From: a virus
Virus record (IMG/VR): IMGVR_UViG_3300027967_000093
Length of the DNA: 64,000 bases
Direction: 5' to 3' (one strand)
Shown here: positions 53,254 to 62,579 of the stretch, piece by piece
Numbering within the stretch: the first letter of the stretch is position 1
Layout of the letters: every line of letters begins with the position of its first letter
The notes under the pieces: generated by a model
The model's database searches: none
The model's input: only the letters and a program-made list of their open reading frames with translations
Told to the model about the DNA's origin: nothing
Program-made: the position numbers and the translations under genes

Positions 53254-54115
53254 GTATTACGGTGATAATGTTCGTTGGTTTGTCGCAGATGTTATTGATG
53301 CGTCCCCTCCGTTCGGACTAGAAGGTCGGGTACGTGTGCGCGTACACGGGGTACACAATCCCTCTACCAGACAGATAAGACAGAATGACCTACCATGGGC
53401 ACAGGTAGTATTACCATCGACCGAAGGTGGTGTATCTGGTATAGGTTCTACACCAAATTTAGAAGCGGGTGCACTGGTATTTGGTTTCTTCATGGACGGA
53501 AAAGAATCTCAGGTTCCTTTGGTGTTGGGTTCATTACCTCGTACCGAGTATCCGACTCCGGTTCAACAGTCCCTTGCATACAACGACTTGATAGAACGAG
53601 TAAATCCTGACGTAGAGTTCTACAACCAGTCGATAGGTTCTATCGATGAAAAAGATATTGCACTACAAAACGAATTGCGTGATACCGTTCCGTCTGGTGC
53701 GACTACCTTATATCGAAAAGATATTGCAGTTAAGTTCTTTCTATCCAACGGATATACAATTAAACAGGCATGTGCGATTGTTGGGTGTATAACACGAACT
53801 AACCATACACTAGAGACTTCTCGTGAGAATAATGGTGGTACTGGTCTGGTTGGTTGGAGTGGTATTAGATTCACTCGACTTAAACAGTTCAATAGTAACT
53901 GGTGGCACTTCTCGGTACAACTTGCGTTTATTATGTTTGAACTAAATACTACTCATGTTGATGCGAACATACGTATCCTTAACTCTGATGTTGTCGACCC
54001 TGCAAAGGGTAAGGCACTAGGTGATATCCTCGGACGATATTATGCACCTGTCCAAGACGATTACAACGGTGAGGTAAAGAGAATTTACGAACTGTACGCA
54101 AATAAAAAGGTTTAG
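53246..54115 (+). CDS. gp5 N-terminal OB-fold protein fused to a degenerate phage-tail-lysozyme domain
   Basis: GRVRVRVHGVH..DLPWAQV..VFGFFMDG..Q.P.VLGS; GYTIKQACAIVG..GLVGW..R..QLAFIMFEL. Confidence 0.75.
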   Translation: MIKYYGDNVRWFVADVIDASPPFGLEGRVRVRVHGVHNPSTRQIRQNDLPWAQVVLPSTEGGVSGIGSTPNLEAGALVFGFFMDGKESQVPLVLGSLPRTEYPTPVQQSLAYNDLIERVNPDVEFYNQSIGSIDEKDIALQNELRDTVPSGATTLYRKDIAVKFFLSNGYTIKQACAIVGCITRTNHTLETSRENNGGTGLVGWSGIRFTRLKQFNSNWWHFSVQLAFIMFELNTTHVDANIRILNSDVVDPAKGKALGDILGRYYAPVQDDYNGEVKRIYELYANKKV

Positions 54116-54117
54116 AG

Positions 54118-56088
54118 ATGTCACAAGATATTAACACATTAAATTCTTACTTGAAAGCAAAGACATCTGATGGTGATGCAAAGTCTGTTGTATCGGTAAC
54201 TGCGAAACAAGCAAATGACGGATTCATTGCTGACGTATCTACCCTTATGGGCGCGAATACCATTGGTGGTTACATAAACGGATATCAAAGTCTTGCAAAC
54301 AATGACATAATGACTGCGAGTGGAGGAGTAAACGCTGCGGGTGTTCCGGTATTATTGTCTAATGCTGCATTCGATATGCCAAGTTCTAATCCAAATCTAT
54401 TCTTTGTTGATGTGTCTGCGGGAACCTTTACGGTCATTGACTCTGCCGGTGCAATCCAAATACTAGTGAATGATAGTGCGGGAGCACCAATAGAAGACAG
54501 TGCGGGTAATCCTATCACTGTACCATCATTCGAAGTTCCTTCACTCAATGTTACTTCGATTGGTACTGATGCAGTTGCAACACTCAACGAAACAATTGGT
54601 TCACTTACAGGTATCACTCCTCCGACCGAAGCAATCACTATTGTGTCGTTGGGTGGTGGTGCAGTGAGTCAATTGACAGGTGCAATCAAAGAGGCAACCG
54701 AACGAAAGTCATCTCTCCTATCATCAATCAAAGAGACTGCGGCCGCCACTTCTGTTGAGGGTTTGGGTGAATCTGTTACGTCTGGAATAGATGACGTGAA
54801 AGGTCAGATGGACGAGGTTGTAAACTCATCAACACTTACCCAAGACGTGATGAATTCGGTATCTGCGGTAGAAGGTTTGGCAGGTGATGTTGCTGCCGAG
54901 ATTGCAACTGCAACAGACTCTCTGGTCGGTGCATTAGAATCAACTATCGGTGAAGTAACTTCTGCGATTGAAGATGGATTCAATGATGTTATTGGGAATG
55001 TTACGGGTGCGGTAGGTGACCTTGTGGGTGGTATTATTCCTGACATCCAAACGGATTTCGGTTTCGCACAAAATCTATTCGAAGACTTGACAGGTGCGGT
55101 AGGTTCTACTCTACAGGGTATATTCGGTTCGACCACCACACTTGACAAAAGATTTCTTTCTGGTATACTGAATGATGTGTTGCAAGGAGGTGATATAAAT
55201 CTCACCAAGGCAGCGAAGGCATTATCACTAAGAGACACTACTCTCAGTCCTGCGATGCGTGAAGTGATTCAAACCACTGACGCAGAATCTATTCAGGATT
55301 TTGATAAGACTGTTGCGTCTCGTGCGGCTGCGCGGGGAGTACCTCAGGCAGAGATTGATAAATTTAAGTCAAAGACCGCTGAGATTGAGACTGCGTTAAG
55401 TAAGGTAGATACAACTATCTCTGGTACCATCGTATCCGAGGTTGGTGAATTCTATGTGGAAGACAAAGACCTTGCTGAACTGGTTAAGAGATACCTTGGC
55501 GCAGAAACCGAAGACTTCGAGTTTGTTGATTCCAAGGAAGAACTTGGACTAGAGTTCCGTAAAATAACTCGTTCCGTCAGTGAAGTTATTGTACATGCGA
55601 CCGAGACTTACACTAATGCAAACATTGGTTCCGAAGAGATTCACCTCAGACATAACGAGGCAGGTCATGACGGTATCCAATATCATTATGTCATTAGACG
55701 TGACGGTAGACTACAACGTGGTATGCCAATCGATAATATCAGTGATGCGTCTCAGATATTGGGTCACAATATAAATTGTATTGATGTTGCACTAGTGGGT
55801 GGGGTGAACGTACCGAGTGATGCAGATAACCCTCTGTTGAACCTCTCGTCAAGTTCATTCACTCAGACACAGATGAAGACTCTAGAAGCACTATTGGAAG
55901 TGTTCTATCGCAGCCAACCAGGCGGTCAAGTACTTGGACATAATGCAATTGACATTAACTCTCAAGACCCATACTTCGATGTTATCACTTTTGTTGAGAA
56001 CAAGTTTGGTAAGAAGAGTGTGTACAAAGACCCATTGACCGAACAATCCATATCCGCGAAAGACTTGATTAGTAAGAGACCAGTATGA
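54118..56088 (+). CDS. virion protein with C-terminal N-acetylmuramoyl-L-alanine amidase (Amidase_2)
   Basis: VIVHATET, GIQYHYVIRRDG, VLGHN, DPYFDV. Confidence 0.8.
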   Translation: MSQDINTLNSYLKAKTSDGDAKSVVSVTAKQANDGFIADVSTLMGANTIGGYINGYQSLANNDIMTASGGVNAAGVPVLLSNAAFDMPSSNPNLFFVDVSAGTFTVIDSAGAIQILVNDSAGAPIEDSAGNPITVPSFEVPSLNVTSIGTDAVATLNETIGSLTGITPPTEAITIVSLGGGAVSQLTGAIKEATERKSSLLSSIKETAAATSVEGLGESVTSGIDDVKGQMDEVVNSSTLTQDVMNSVSAVEGLAGDVAAEIATATDSLVGALESTIGEVTSAIEDGFNDVIGNVTGAVGDLVGGIIPDIQTDFGFAQNLFEDLTGAVGSTLQGIFGSTTTLDKRFLSGILNDVLQGGDINLTKAAKALSLRDTTLSPAMREVIQTTDAESIQDFDKTVASRAAARGVPQAEIDKFKSKTAEIETALSKVDTTISGTIVSEVGEFYVEDKDLAELVKRYLGAETEDFEFVDSKEELGLEFRKITRSVSEVIVHATETYTNANIGSEEIHLRHNEAGHDGIQYHYVIRRDGRLQRGMPIDNISDASQILGHNINCIDVALVGGVNVPSDADNPLLNLSSSSFTQTQMKTLEALLEVFYRSQPGGQVLGHNAIDINSQDPYFDVITFVENKFGKKSVYKDPLTEQSISAKDLISKRPV

Positions 56089-57521
56089 CAACAACGACTA
56101 AAAAGACCGAATTAGGAAGTAATCCGGCAGTAGAGAATACCGAAGGTGTACCTATTGATGGATTCCAAGACCCGACTGGCGAGTATCCTAAACGGGAGTA
56201 TCATTACGGTTCTTCTATAAACAAGTCTGCACGTGGATTGAAGGTAGAGAATCTTTATCTTGGGGGCGGTACACTCGATGTATCACTTGACCTCGAAGAC
56301 CAAGAACCTTCTAGATTCCCGTTCAACCAAGTAAAAGAAACTGCATCTGGACATATCATCTCATACGATGACACGCCTGGTGGTGAACGTATTCTTATCA
56401 AACATCGAAAGGGTGCGGGCGTAGAAGTACGTGCGGACGGGTCAGTTATCATATCTGCATTGAATAATAAGGTAGAAGTAACTGGAGGTGACCAAACACT
56501 TATCGTTGAAGGTAACGGTAAAATGGTGTATAATGGTAATCTCAATCTACAAGTATCTGGTGACTTCAATGTTGATGTTGGAGGAGACTATAACGTCAAT
56601 GTCAATGGTGACACCAACACCGAGATACGTAAAAACAATAACACTACTGTTGGTTTAAATACAAACTATACGACCAAGGGTACCGCTGCATACAAGACAG
56701 TCGAACACGAGGCACGAGTCATACTCGGTAACGAAGACCATATCGTCAAAGGTTACTGGAAGAATAATGTGGGTTCACAGATTGAGATGTTCACTGCAAA
56801 CCGTTTCCAAGTATCTGCGGAAGAAGAGTTTGCACTATCTGCACTACAAGGTAACATCTCTGCGACCGAAATCTCTGTACTTGGTATGAAAGGTGTAATT
56901 GGTGGTGAACAAGTCGAGATGACTTCTCCGGTTTACATGGGGCCAAAAGGTGCAGTTCCGTTTACCTCTGGTGCTGCGTTCTATGGTTCATTCCACGGAC
57001 AAGCACTTGAAGCAATCAAATCCAAGTATGCATATAAAGCAGAAAATGCGAAGACTTCCCAACTCGCATCTAAGGAGAAGGGAGGACAACCATCCGGAGG
57101 TGCACCTGATGTACCTAAGAACATGGAAAGTCCCACCCCCAAAAAACCTGTACCTAAGACTGATGCAGTTGCAGGTATTCTGTCTGACGGACACTTGTCA
57201 ATTAAAGCAATTGTCATCGATGGTCAAGACGAACTGCGCAACTCAATACTATTGCGTGATGACTATGCAGGTCTATATGAGAAAGAACCTACTATCAACG
57301 AGATACGTTCTTCTCTAAGAGATCCCGCGAATCGTTCTATTGCTAATGATGAGGGGACTAAGTTTGTCGATATCCTTATTCAACGAGAGATGTTGAATCC
57401 CGAGTGGAATAATCCCGCACCTCCGAAGGTTGGACGTATTGCGAAGAAATCTGTATCACCTCGTTTTGGTTATACCGCACTTGGTAACTCAGTGAATAAT
57501 AGAGGTAAGAGATTCAAATGA
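56085..57521 (+). CDS. gp5 C-terminal beta-helix spike protein
   Basis: DPTGEYP, PFNQVKETASGH..YDDTPGGERI..H; VxG repeats. Confidence 0.8.
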   Translation: MTTTTKKTELGSNPAVENTEGVPIDGFQDPTGEYPKREYHYGSSINKSARGLKVENLYLGGGTLDVSLDLEDQEPSRFPFNQVKETASGHIISYDDTPGGERILIKHRKGAGVEVRADGSVIISALNNKVEVTGGDQTLIVEGNGKMVYNGNLNLQVSGDFNVDVGGDYNVNVNGDTNTEIRKNNNTTVGLNTNYTTKGTAAYKTVEHEARVILGNEDHIVKGYWKNNVGSQIEMFTANRFQVSAEEEFALSALQGNISATEISVLGMKGVIGGEQVEMTSPVYMGPKGAVPFTSGAAFYGSFHGQALEAIKSKYAYKAENAKTSQLASKEKGGQPSGGAPDVPKNMESPTPKKPVPKTDAVAGILSDGHLSIKAIVIDGQDELRNSILLRDDYAGLYEKEPTINEIRSSLRDPANRSIANDEGTKFVDILIQREMLNPEWNNPAPPKVGRIAKKSVSPRFGYTALGNSVNNRGKRFK

Positions 57522-58123
57522 TTATAATTCCAGACCAGAAATATAACCCTAACTTTGCAGACACTATCACGACTGCGACTAAACTGTCGCCTGGCGTATC
57601 ACTTGCAAAGTTCTTTGGTACTAAGGGTAACCCATGTAGTATGACCACAGTCGAGAAGTATCGAACTGACCAAACTGCAAGGAAACAACTTGCACGTAAT
57701 CTATATCTCCATGCAGAATTGTTTCGTAGTATCAACGGAAACATTGACTTCTTCAAGGATGTTAGATTGGTTGTGGTTGAAGGTATCTACCGTGGTGGCC
57801 CACTCGAGACTGTATCAGGTGATAACCAGAAGAAACAAGATGGTCAACTGGTGGTCTATAGAGTAGTAGACGAAGAAGGTAAGGTTGACTACGAAAGAAC
57901 ATTTGATCTCGCAGAGTACTGGAAAGACTATGCAAACTACAACAAATTGACTTTGGAGTATGATGTATGGAACCCTACCGGAGAACTCAATGCACAGATT
58001 GCGGTAGAGATGCCTGTTGTTCCCGAGAACTTTGATATCTCGTTTGATATGAACATCGAGACTTTGTATAATGGACAACTTTTCAGTAAGAATGAACTGA
58101 TAGAAGTTCTCGTAGACGTATAA
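57518..58123 (+). CDS. baseplate-region protein, possible degenerate peptidase M15 fold
   Basis: KLSPGVSLAKF...VVEGIYR...YNKLTLEYD; lacks His/Asp Zn ligands. Confidence 0.5.
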   Translation: MIIIPDQKYNPNFADTITTATKLSPGVSLAKFFGTKGNPCSMTTVEKYRTDQTARKQLARNLYLHAELFRSINGNIDFFKDVRLVVVEGIYRGGPLETVSGDNQKKQDGQLVVYRVVDEEGKVDYERTFDLAEYWKDYANYNKLTLEYDVWNPTGELNAQIAVEMPVVPENFDISFDMNIETLYNGQLFSKNELIEVLVDV

Positions 58124-58126
58124 ATA
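58119..58126 (+). promoter_or_regulatory. T4-type late promoter
   Basis: TATAAATA. Confidence 0.7.
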
Positions 58127-58153
58127 GAATTATAATAATTTTAGGAAACACTA

Positions 58154-58603
58154 ATGTCACGCGCATTTTCCATAGAGGACGGTGGACTTGCCCAGACTTC
58201 TACAGTCAAGGCAACTCGAAACCGAGAATATATCGATATAGACCTTTCGTTTGCAGCGAAGGGTTCCGGTGACGTTTACAAGAAAAATGCAGTTGCATCT
58301 GTAAAACAAGCCCTCAAGAGTTTGTTGATGACTAACCGTACTGAGAAACCATTCGCACCTTACTTTGGTGCAAATCTGCAAGAAATACTTTTTGAACTTG
58401 CTGACCAAAACAGTTCGAGAGAAATACAGTTTGCAATCATAGAAAACATCAAGGCATTTGAACCAAGGATTAATCCTTCGAGTGTAAGAGTTTTCCCTGA
58501 TGTCGACCCAGACAATAACACACTTAACATCACAATAATTTTTAACGTGGTGAACTCAAGCGAAACTATTGAATTCACAACAAGACTGAACAGGTTACGA
58601 TAA
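58154..58603 (+). CDS. 25: baseplate wedge gp25
   Basis: DIDLSF..SVKQALKSLLMT...EKPF.P.FG..L...LFE...FEPRI. Confidence 0.88.
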   Translation: MSRAFSIEDGGLAQTSTVKATRNREYIDIDLSFAAKGSGDVYKKNAVASVKQALKSLLMTNRTEKPFAPYFGANLQEILFELADQNSSREIQFAIIENIKAFEPRINPSSVRVFPDVDPDNNTLNITIIFNVVNSSETIEFTTRLNRLR

Positions 58604-60453
58604 TGGCAACGACTATCAATTCTTCATCATTAGATTTTCAGGCGATTAAAAACAACCTGAAGACCTATCTAAAACAACAGTCAGAGTTTAAGGACTATGA
58701 CTTCGAAGCGTCTGGTCTTTCTAACCTGTTAGACGTTCTTGCATATAACACGCACATGAATGGTCTAACCGCAAACTTTGCACTGAACGAGAGTTTCCTT
58801 AATACCGCACAATTGCGTTCATCGGTAGTTTCTCATGCAGAGACTTTAGGTTATATTCCATCTTCCAAGACTGCCGCACAAGCAACAATCAATATGTCAT
58901 TTAATATTGGTATTGGCCAAGCAGACGTACCCGAGAAACTACAGATTGCATCTGGATATAAATTCACGGGTGATGTTGATGATGCAGCATACACATTCCA
59001 AACTCAGGAGTTGGTTGAAGCGGTCAATGATGGTAACAACTTCTTCCAGTTCCAGACACTAGAGGGAAGTACCAACATCCCTATTTACGAAGGTATTGCA
59101 AAGACCAAGACCTTCTATGCAGGTGAGGACGGTGAGTCGGTATTGTACATCATACCTGACCCTAACCTTGACCGTGCAACTGCGGTAGTTCGTATCTATG
59201 AAAGTGCGACCTCTTCGGATTTCACGACTTATGTGAATCTAGAGACCGCGACCAACATTACAACTACCACCCCCGCATATGTCCTGAAGGAAGCTCCGAA
59301 CGGATTCTACGAACTGACCTTTGGTAATGGTTCAACACTCGGTGCAGTTCCTCAAGCAGGTTCTAAGATTACTGTCGAGTATCTTGCGGTAGATGGTGCG
59401 AATGCAAACGGTGCACGTACTTTCGAACCACTGAATACTGTGGAGATTACTGAACCTACAAGTGGTATCGGTCTACAGAGACTTCCTGTTGTTTCTACAA
59501 CAAGTAGGTCTGCCGGTGGTGCTGACAAAGAAACACTAGATTCAATCCGAAGAAATGCACCGTTCCGATATGCATCTCAGAATCGAATGGTTACCCACGT
59601 AGATTACTCTAACCTAATCTTACGTAACTATGGTACCCTGATTCGTGATATCATTGCATGGGGTGGAGAGGACAATATCTCACCTGAGTTCGGTGTAACG
59701 TTCCTTTCGATTGAATTTAATGGAGATGTGACTGCTGCACTTCAGAGTCAGACCAAAGACAATATCCGACTTCTGGTCGACCAGTTATCAATCGCATCGT
59801 TTGATTTGAAGTTTACTGACCCAGTCAAAACGTTTGTTGAGACTAATGTATTCTTCCAGTATAACCCAGATTACACCAACTTGTCAATCAATGCATTGCA
59901 AGAACAAGTACGTAATGTGATGACCAACTACTTCTCCTCTAATACAGGTAAGTTCGGTCAGGCATTCCGTAGGTCTAACCTGTTGGCACTGGTGGATGAC
60001 GTGAGTCCTGCAATCCTTTCGTCAAGAATGGATAATAAGATGCAACAAAGATTCACTCCTTCGGCTGGTGTTGAACAAAACTTCACGTTTAGTTATCCTG
60101 TTCCAATCTCTGTTCCGGATGATGTTGAAACTATCGTAGAATCATCTACATTTAAACTGACCGTGTCCGGTGTTCAATATCTGTCATGTAAAGTAATAAA
60201 CTTACTCACTAGTACCAAACTTCAAATCATTGATGTGGGTAGTGGTGATGTTGTAGTTGACAATGTTGGTTCTTATGACCCGTCTGCGGGTACGATAAGT
60301 CTGGTTGGATTTAAGACTGACGAAGCAAAACTACTTAAATTAAGTTGTACACCCGCAAATGCAAGTGCAATCGTACCAGAGAGAGAATACATCCTTGACT
60401 ACGATAACACTAGATTAAGTGCGAAAGGTATCCGTACTACGGCGAGTAACTAA
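58603..60453 (+). CDS. 6: baseplate wedge gp6
   Basis: LDFQAIKNNLK..DYDFEASGL..LLDVLAYNTH..ESFL.TAQLRSSVVSHA..LGY; QNRMVT..DY; WGGED. Confidence 0.92.
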   Translation: MATTINSSSLDFQAIKNNLKTYLKQQSEFKDYDFEASGLSNLLDVLAYNTHMNGLTANFALNESFLNTAQLRSSVVSHAETLGYIPSSKTAAQATINMSFNIGIGQADVPEKLQIASGYKFTGDVDDAAYTFQTQELVEAVNDGNNFFQFQTLEGSTNIPIYEGIAKTKTFYAGEDGESVLYIIPDPNLDRATAVVRIYESATSSDFTTYVNLETATNITTTTPAYVLKEAPNGFYELTFGNGSTLGAVPQAGSKITVEYLAVDGANANGARTFEPLNTVEITEPTSGIGLQRLPVVSTTSRSAGGADKETLDSIRRNAPFRYASQNRMVTHVDYSNLILRNYGTLIRDIIAWGGEDNISPEFGVTFLSIEFNGDVTAALQSQTKDNIRLLVDQLSIASFDLKFTDPVKTFVETNVFFQYNPDYTNLSINALQEQVRNVMTNYFSSNTGKFGQAFRRSNLLALVDDVSPAILSSRMDNKMQQRFTPSAGVEQNFTFSYPVPISVPDDVETIVESSTFKLTVSGVQYLSCKVINLLTSTKLQIIDVGSGDVVVDNVGSYDPSAGTISLVGFKTDEAKLLKLSCTPANASAIVPEREYILDYDNTRLSAKGIRTTASN

Positions 60454-61538
60454 TGTCAATATTCGATAAAACATTAAAAGATACAAATAGACGGGATATT
60501 AACCTGAGAGAGCCTCAGGTTGATTCTCTGTTACCTTCGTATATTCAAACTGAATATCCTAAGTTTGTATCGTTCCTCAAGGACTACTTTGACTTTGAAG
60601 AACAAAATACTTCGACTACCAGATTCCTAAATAACATTTTCGAAACAAGAGATGTCACCCAAACAGATATTGATTTGTTGACATTCTTCGAAGATGAGTA
60701 TCTGTTGGGTCAAAACTATTTCCAAGGGTTCACAGATAAAAGAACCGCAGTAAAATACTCAAGTTATCTGTATCGTGCAAAAGGTACTCGTTATAGTATA
60801 CAACAGTTCTTCAAGACATTCTTTGATATTGAACCAGATGTTGTTTACACGAAACAATACATATTCACACTAAATGATTCAAAGATTGGTGCGGAATCTG
60901 CGCGATATCTAACAGATAACAAATTATATCAGACCTATGCACTACAGATTAGGTCAGAACTTTCGGTTGCACAGTGGCGTGATGCATACAAACTATTGGT
61001 ACATCCTGCGGGAATGTATCTTGGTGGTCTTACTCAGATTGTTGGTACTGCGTCATTAGACCAACTACAGTATGACCCAGGCGAAGCCATCAAACCACCA
61101 ATTGTATTGGAAGGTATTGGAGGACTTACTCCACTTGGTTTCGCACAAAATACTGCACTGTTCGACTTTGGTATCAGAGATGCGGATGATGATATAGTGA
61201 AATACAGAACAAACATGGGTAGTTCAGGTGACTACCCAAGTCCAGGCGGTAACGATATCAATGACGTAGGTGACTTGACAATCGATAACCTCGATAGACT
61301 ATACTCAAGTATGGCAGAGTATCTAACTCCAGACTCACCGACACTTGATGAAGACAGTGATGGAACAACTCAGTATGCAGGTTTCGATATCTCAAGTACA
61401 GAGACAATCGACCAAGAGATATTCACGTGGAACCCAACGGTTTCTCGTGTAGACTCTGATAACCTTGCGTTCCAGACTCCGGTTGGTGATTCAGATGGAG
61501 AAATTTCTCTCCGTGAAGTAATAGATGGTAATTATTAG
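60453..61538 (+). CDS. baseplate wedge gp7-like (short)
   Basis: YPKFVSFLKDY, YRAKGT..SI..FF, LVHPAG. Confidence 0.7.
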   Translation: MSIFDKTLKDTNRRDINLREPQVDSLLPSYIQTEYPKFVSFLKDYFDFEEQNTSTTRFLNNIFETRDVTQTDIDLLTFFEDEYLLGQNYFQGFTDKRTAVKYSSYLYRAKGTRYSIQQFFKTFFDIEPDVVYTKQYIFTLNDSKIGAESARYLTDNKLYQTYALQIRSELSVAQWRDAYKLLVHPAGMYLGGLTQIVGTASLDQLQYDPGEAIKPPIVLEGIGGLTPLGFAQNTALFDFGIRDADDDIVKYRTNMGSSGDYPSPGGNDINDVGDLTIDNLDRLYSSMAEYLTPDSPTLDEDSDGTTQYAGFDISSTETIDQEIFTWNPTVSRVDSDNLAFQTPVGDSDGEISLREVIDGNY

Positions 61539-61546
61539 TATAAATA
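61539..61546 (+). promoter_or_regulatory. T4-type late promoter
   Basis: TATAAATA. Confidence 0.7.
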
Positions 61547-61574
61547 GATGTAATAATCTTTAGGTAAAAAGAGA

Positions 61575-62570
61575 ATGACTAGACAAGTATTAAACAGAGG
61601 CACAATCGCGAACGATGGTACGGGTGATACACTTCGTACTGCATCGTTGAAGATTGAACAGAACTTCCAAGAGTTGTATGATAAACTTGGGGATGGTTCT
61701 GCACTAATGCCATTAATCGATTTCGATTCCGCTGCTGTTGTATTCGGTACTACCGCAAACAACTTCAAGAGTCGAGTTCGAGTAGACACATTGTCTGCTA
61801 ATCGTAGTGTGCGTATTCCTAACTATGGCGGAAGTCTGGTTATGGATTCTGCAACTCAGACCTTGTCTAATAAGACTTTGTTGAGTCCAGTCATTACTAC
61901 ACCTCAGATTAATGACACAAGTTCTGACCACCAATATATTGTTGCGGTTAATGAACTGAGTGCAGATAGAACAATCACCCTTCCGTTATTGGGTGCGTCT
62001 GATACATTCGTATTCAATAGTCACACTGCAACATTATCTAATAAGACTCTTCTGAGTCCTACTATCAACAATCCGATTATTGGTTCTCAGATTTTGGATA
62101 GTGCGGGTAACGAATTAATTCAGTTCCAAGATTCTGGTTCTGCGGTTAACTTCATTCGAGTTGCGAATGCGACTACCGGACTACCTGCCGTGGTTCAGGC
62201 TGCGGGTGAAGCAAACTCTTCCTTATCTTTGAAAGGTACAGGAAATGGTGGTATTAAATTAGACTCTAAAATGATTCTGAAAACTCAGGGTCTTAATAGT
62301 GCAGGAACAATAAACTCAAACAATCCGATAACATTATTTAATAATGCATCTACTGCAAGTCATACATTGGCTAGTGGTACCACAGGTCAGAATGGTGAGA
62401 TAAAACATCTCGTCAATAAAGGTGCGGGAACACAGACAGTAAATGAAACGTCAAACAACGTTGCGGCATATGCAAGTTTCACTATGCCTCAAAACTCTGC
62501 AATTACGTTGGCGTGGTTTTCCTCTCAGTGGTTCGTTATAAATAATCTCGGTGCAACATTAAACGCGTAG
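61575..62570 (+). CDS. gp9/gp10-like baseplate/fibre connector
   Basis: ANDGTGDTLR..KIEQNFQELY; internal repeat TLSNKTLLSP.I..P.I (x2). Confidence 0.75.
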   Translation: MTRQVLNRGTIANDGTGDTLRTASLKIEQNFQELYDKLGDGSALMPLIDFDSAAVVFGTTANNFKSRVRVDTLSANRSVRIPNYGGSLVMDSATQTLSNKTLLSPVITTPQINDTSSDHQYIVAVNELSADRTITLPLLGASDTFVFNSHTATLSNKTLLSPTINNPIIGSQILDSAGNELIQFQDSGSAVNFIRVANATTGLPAVVQAAGEANSSLSLKGTGNGGIKLDSKMILKTQGLNSAGTINSNNPITLFNNASTASHTLASGTTGQNGEIKHLVNKGAGTQTVNETSNNVAAYASFTMPQNSAITLAWFSSQWFVINNLGATLNA

Positions 62571-62579
62571 GACATATAA

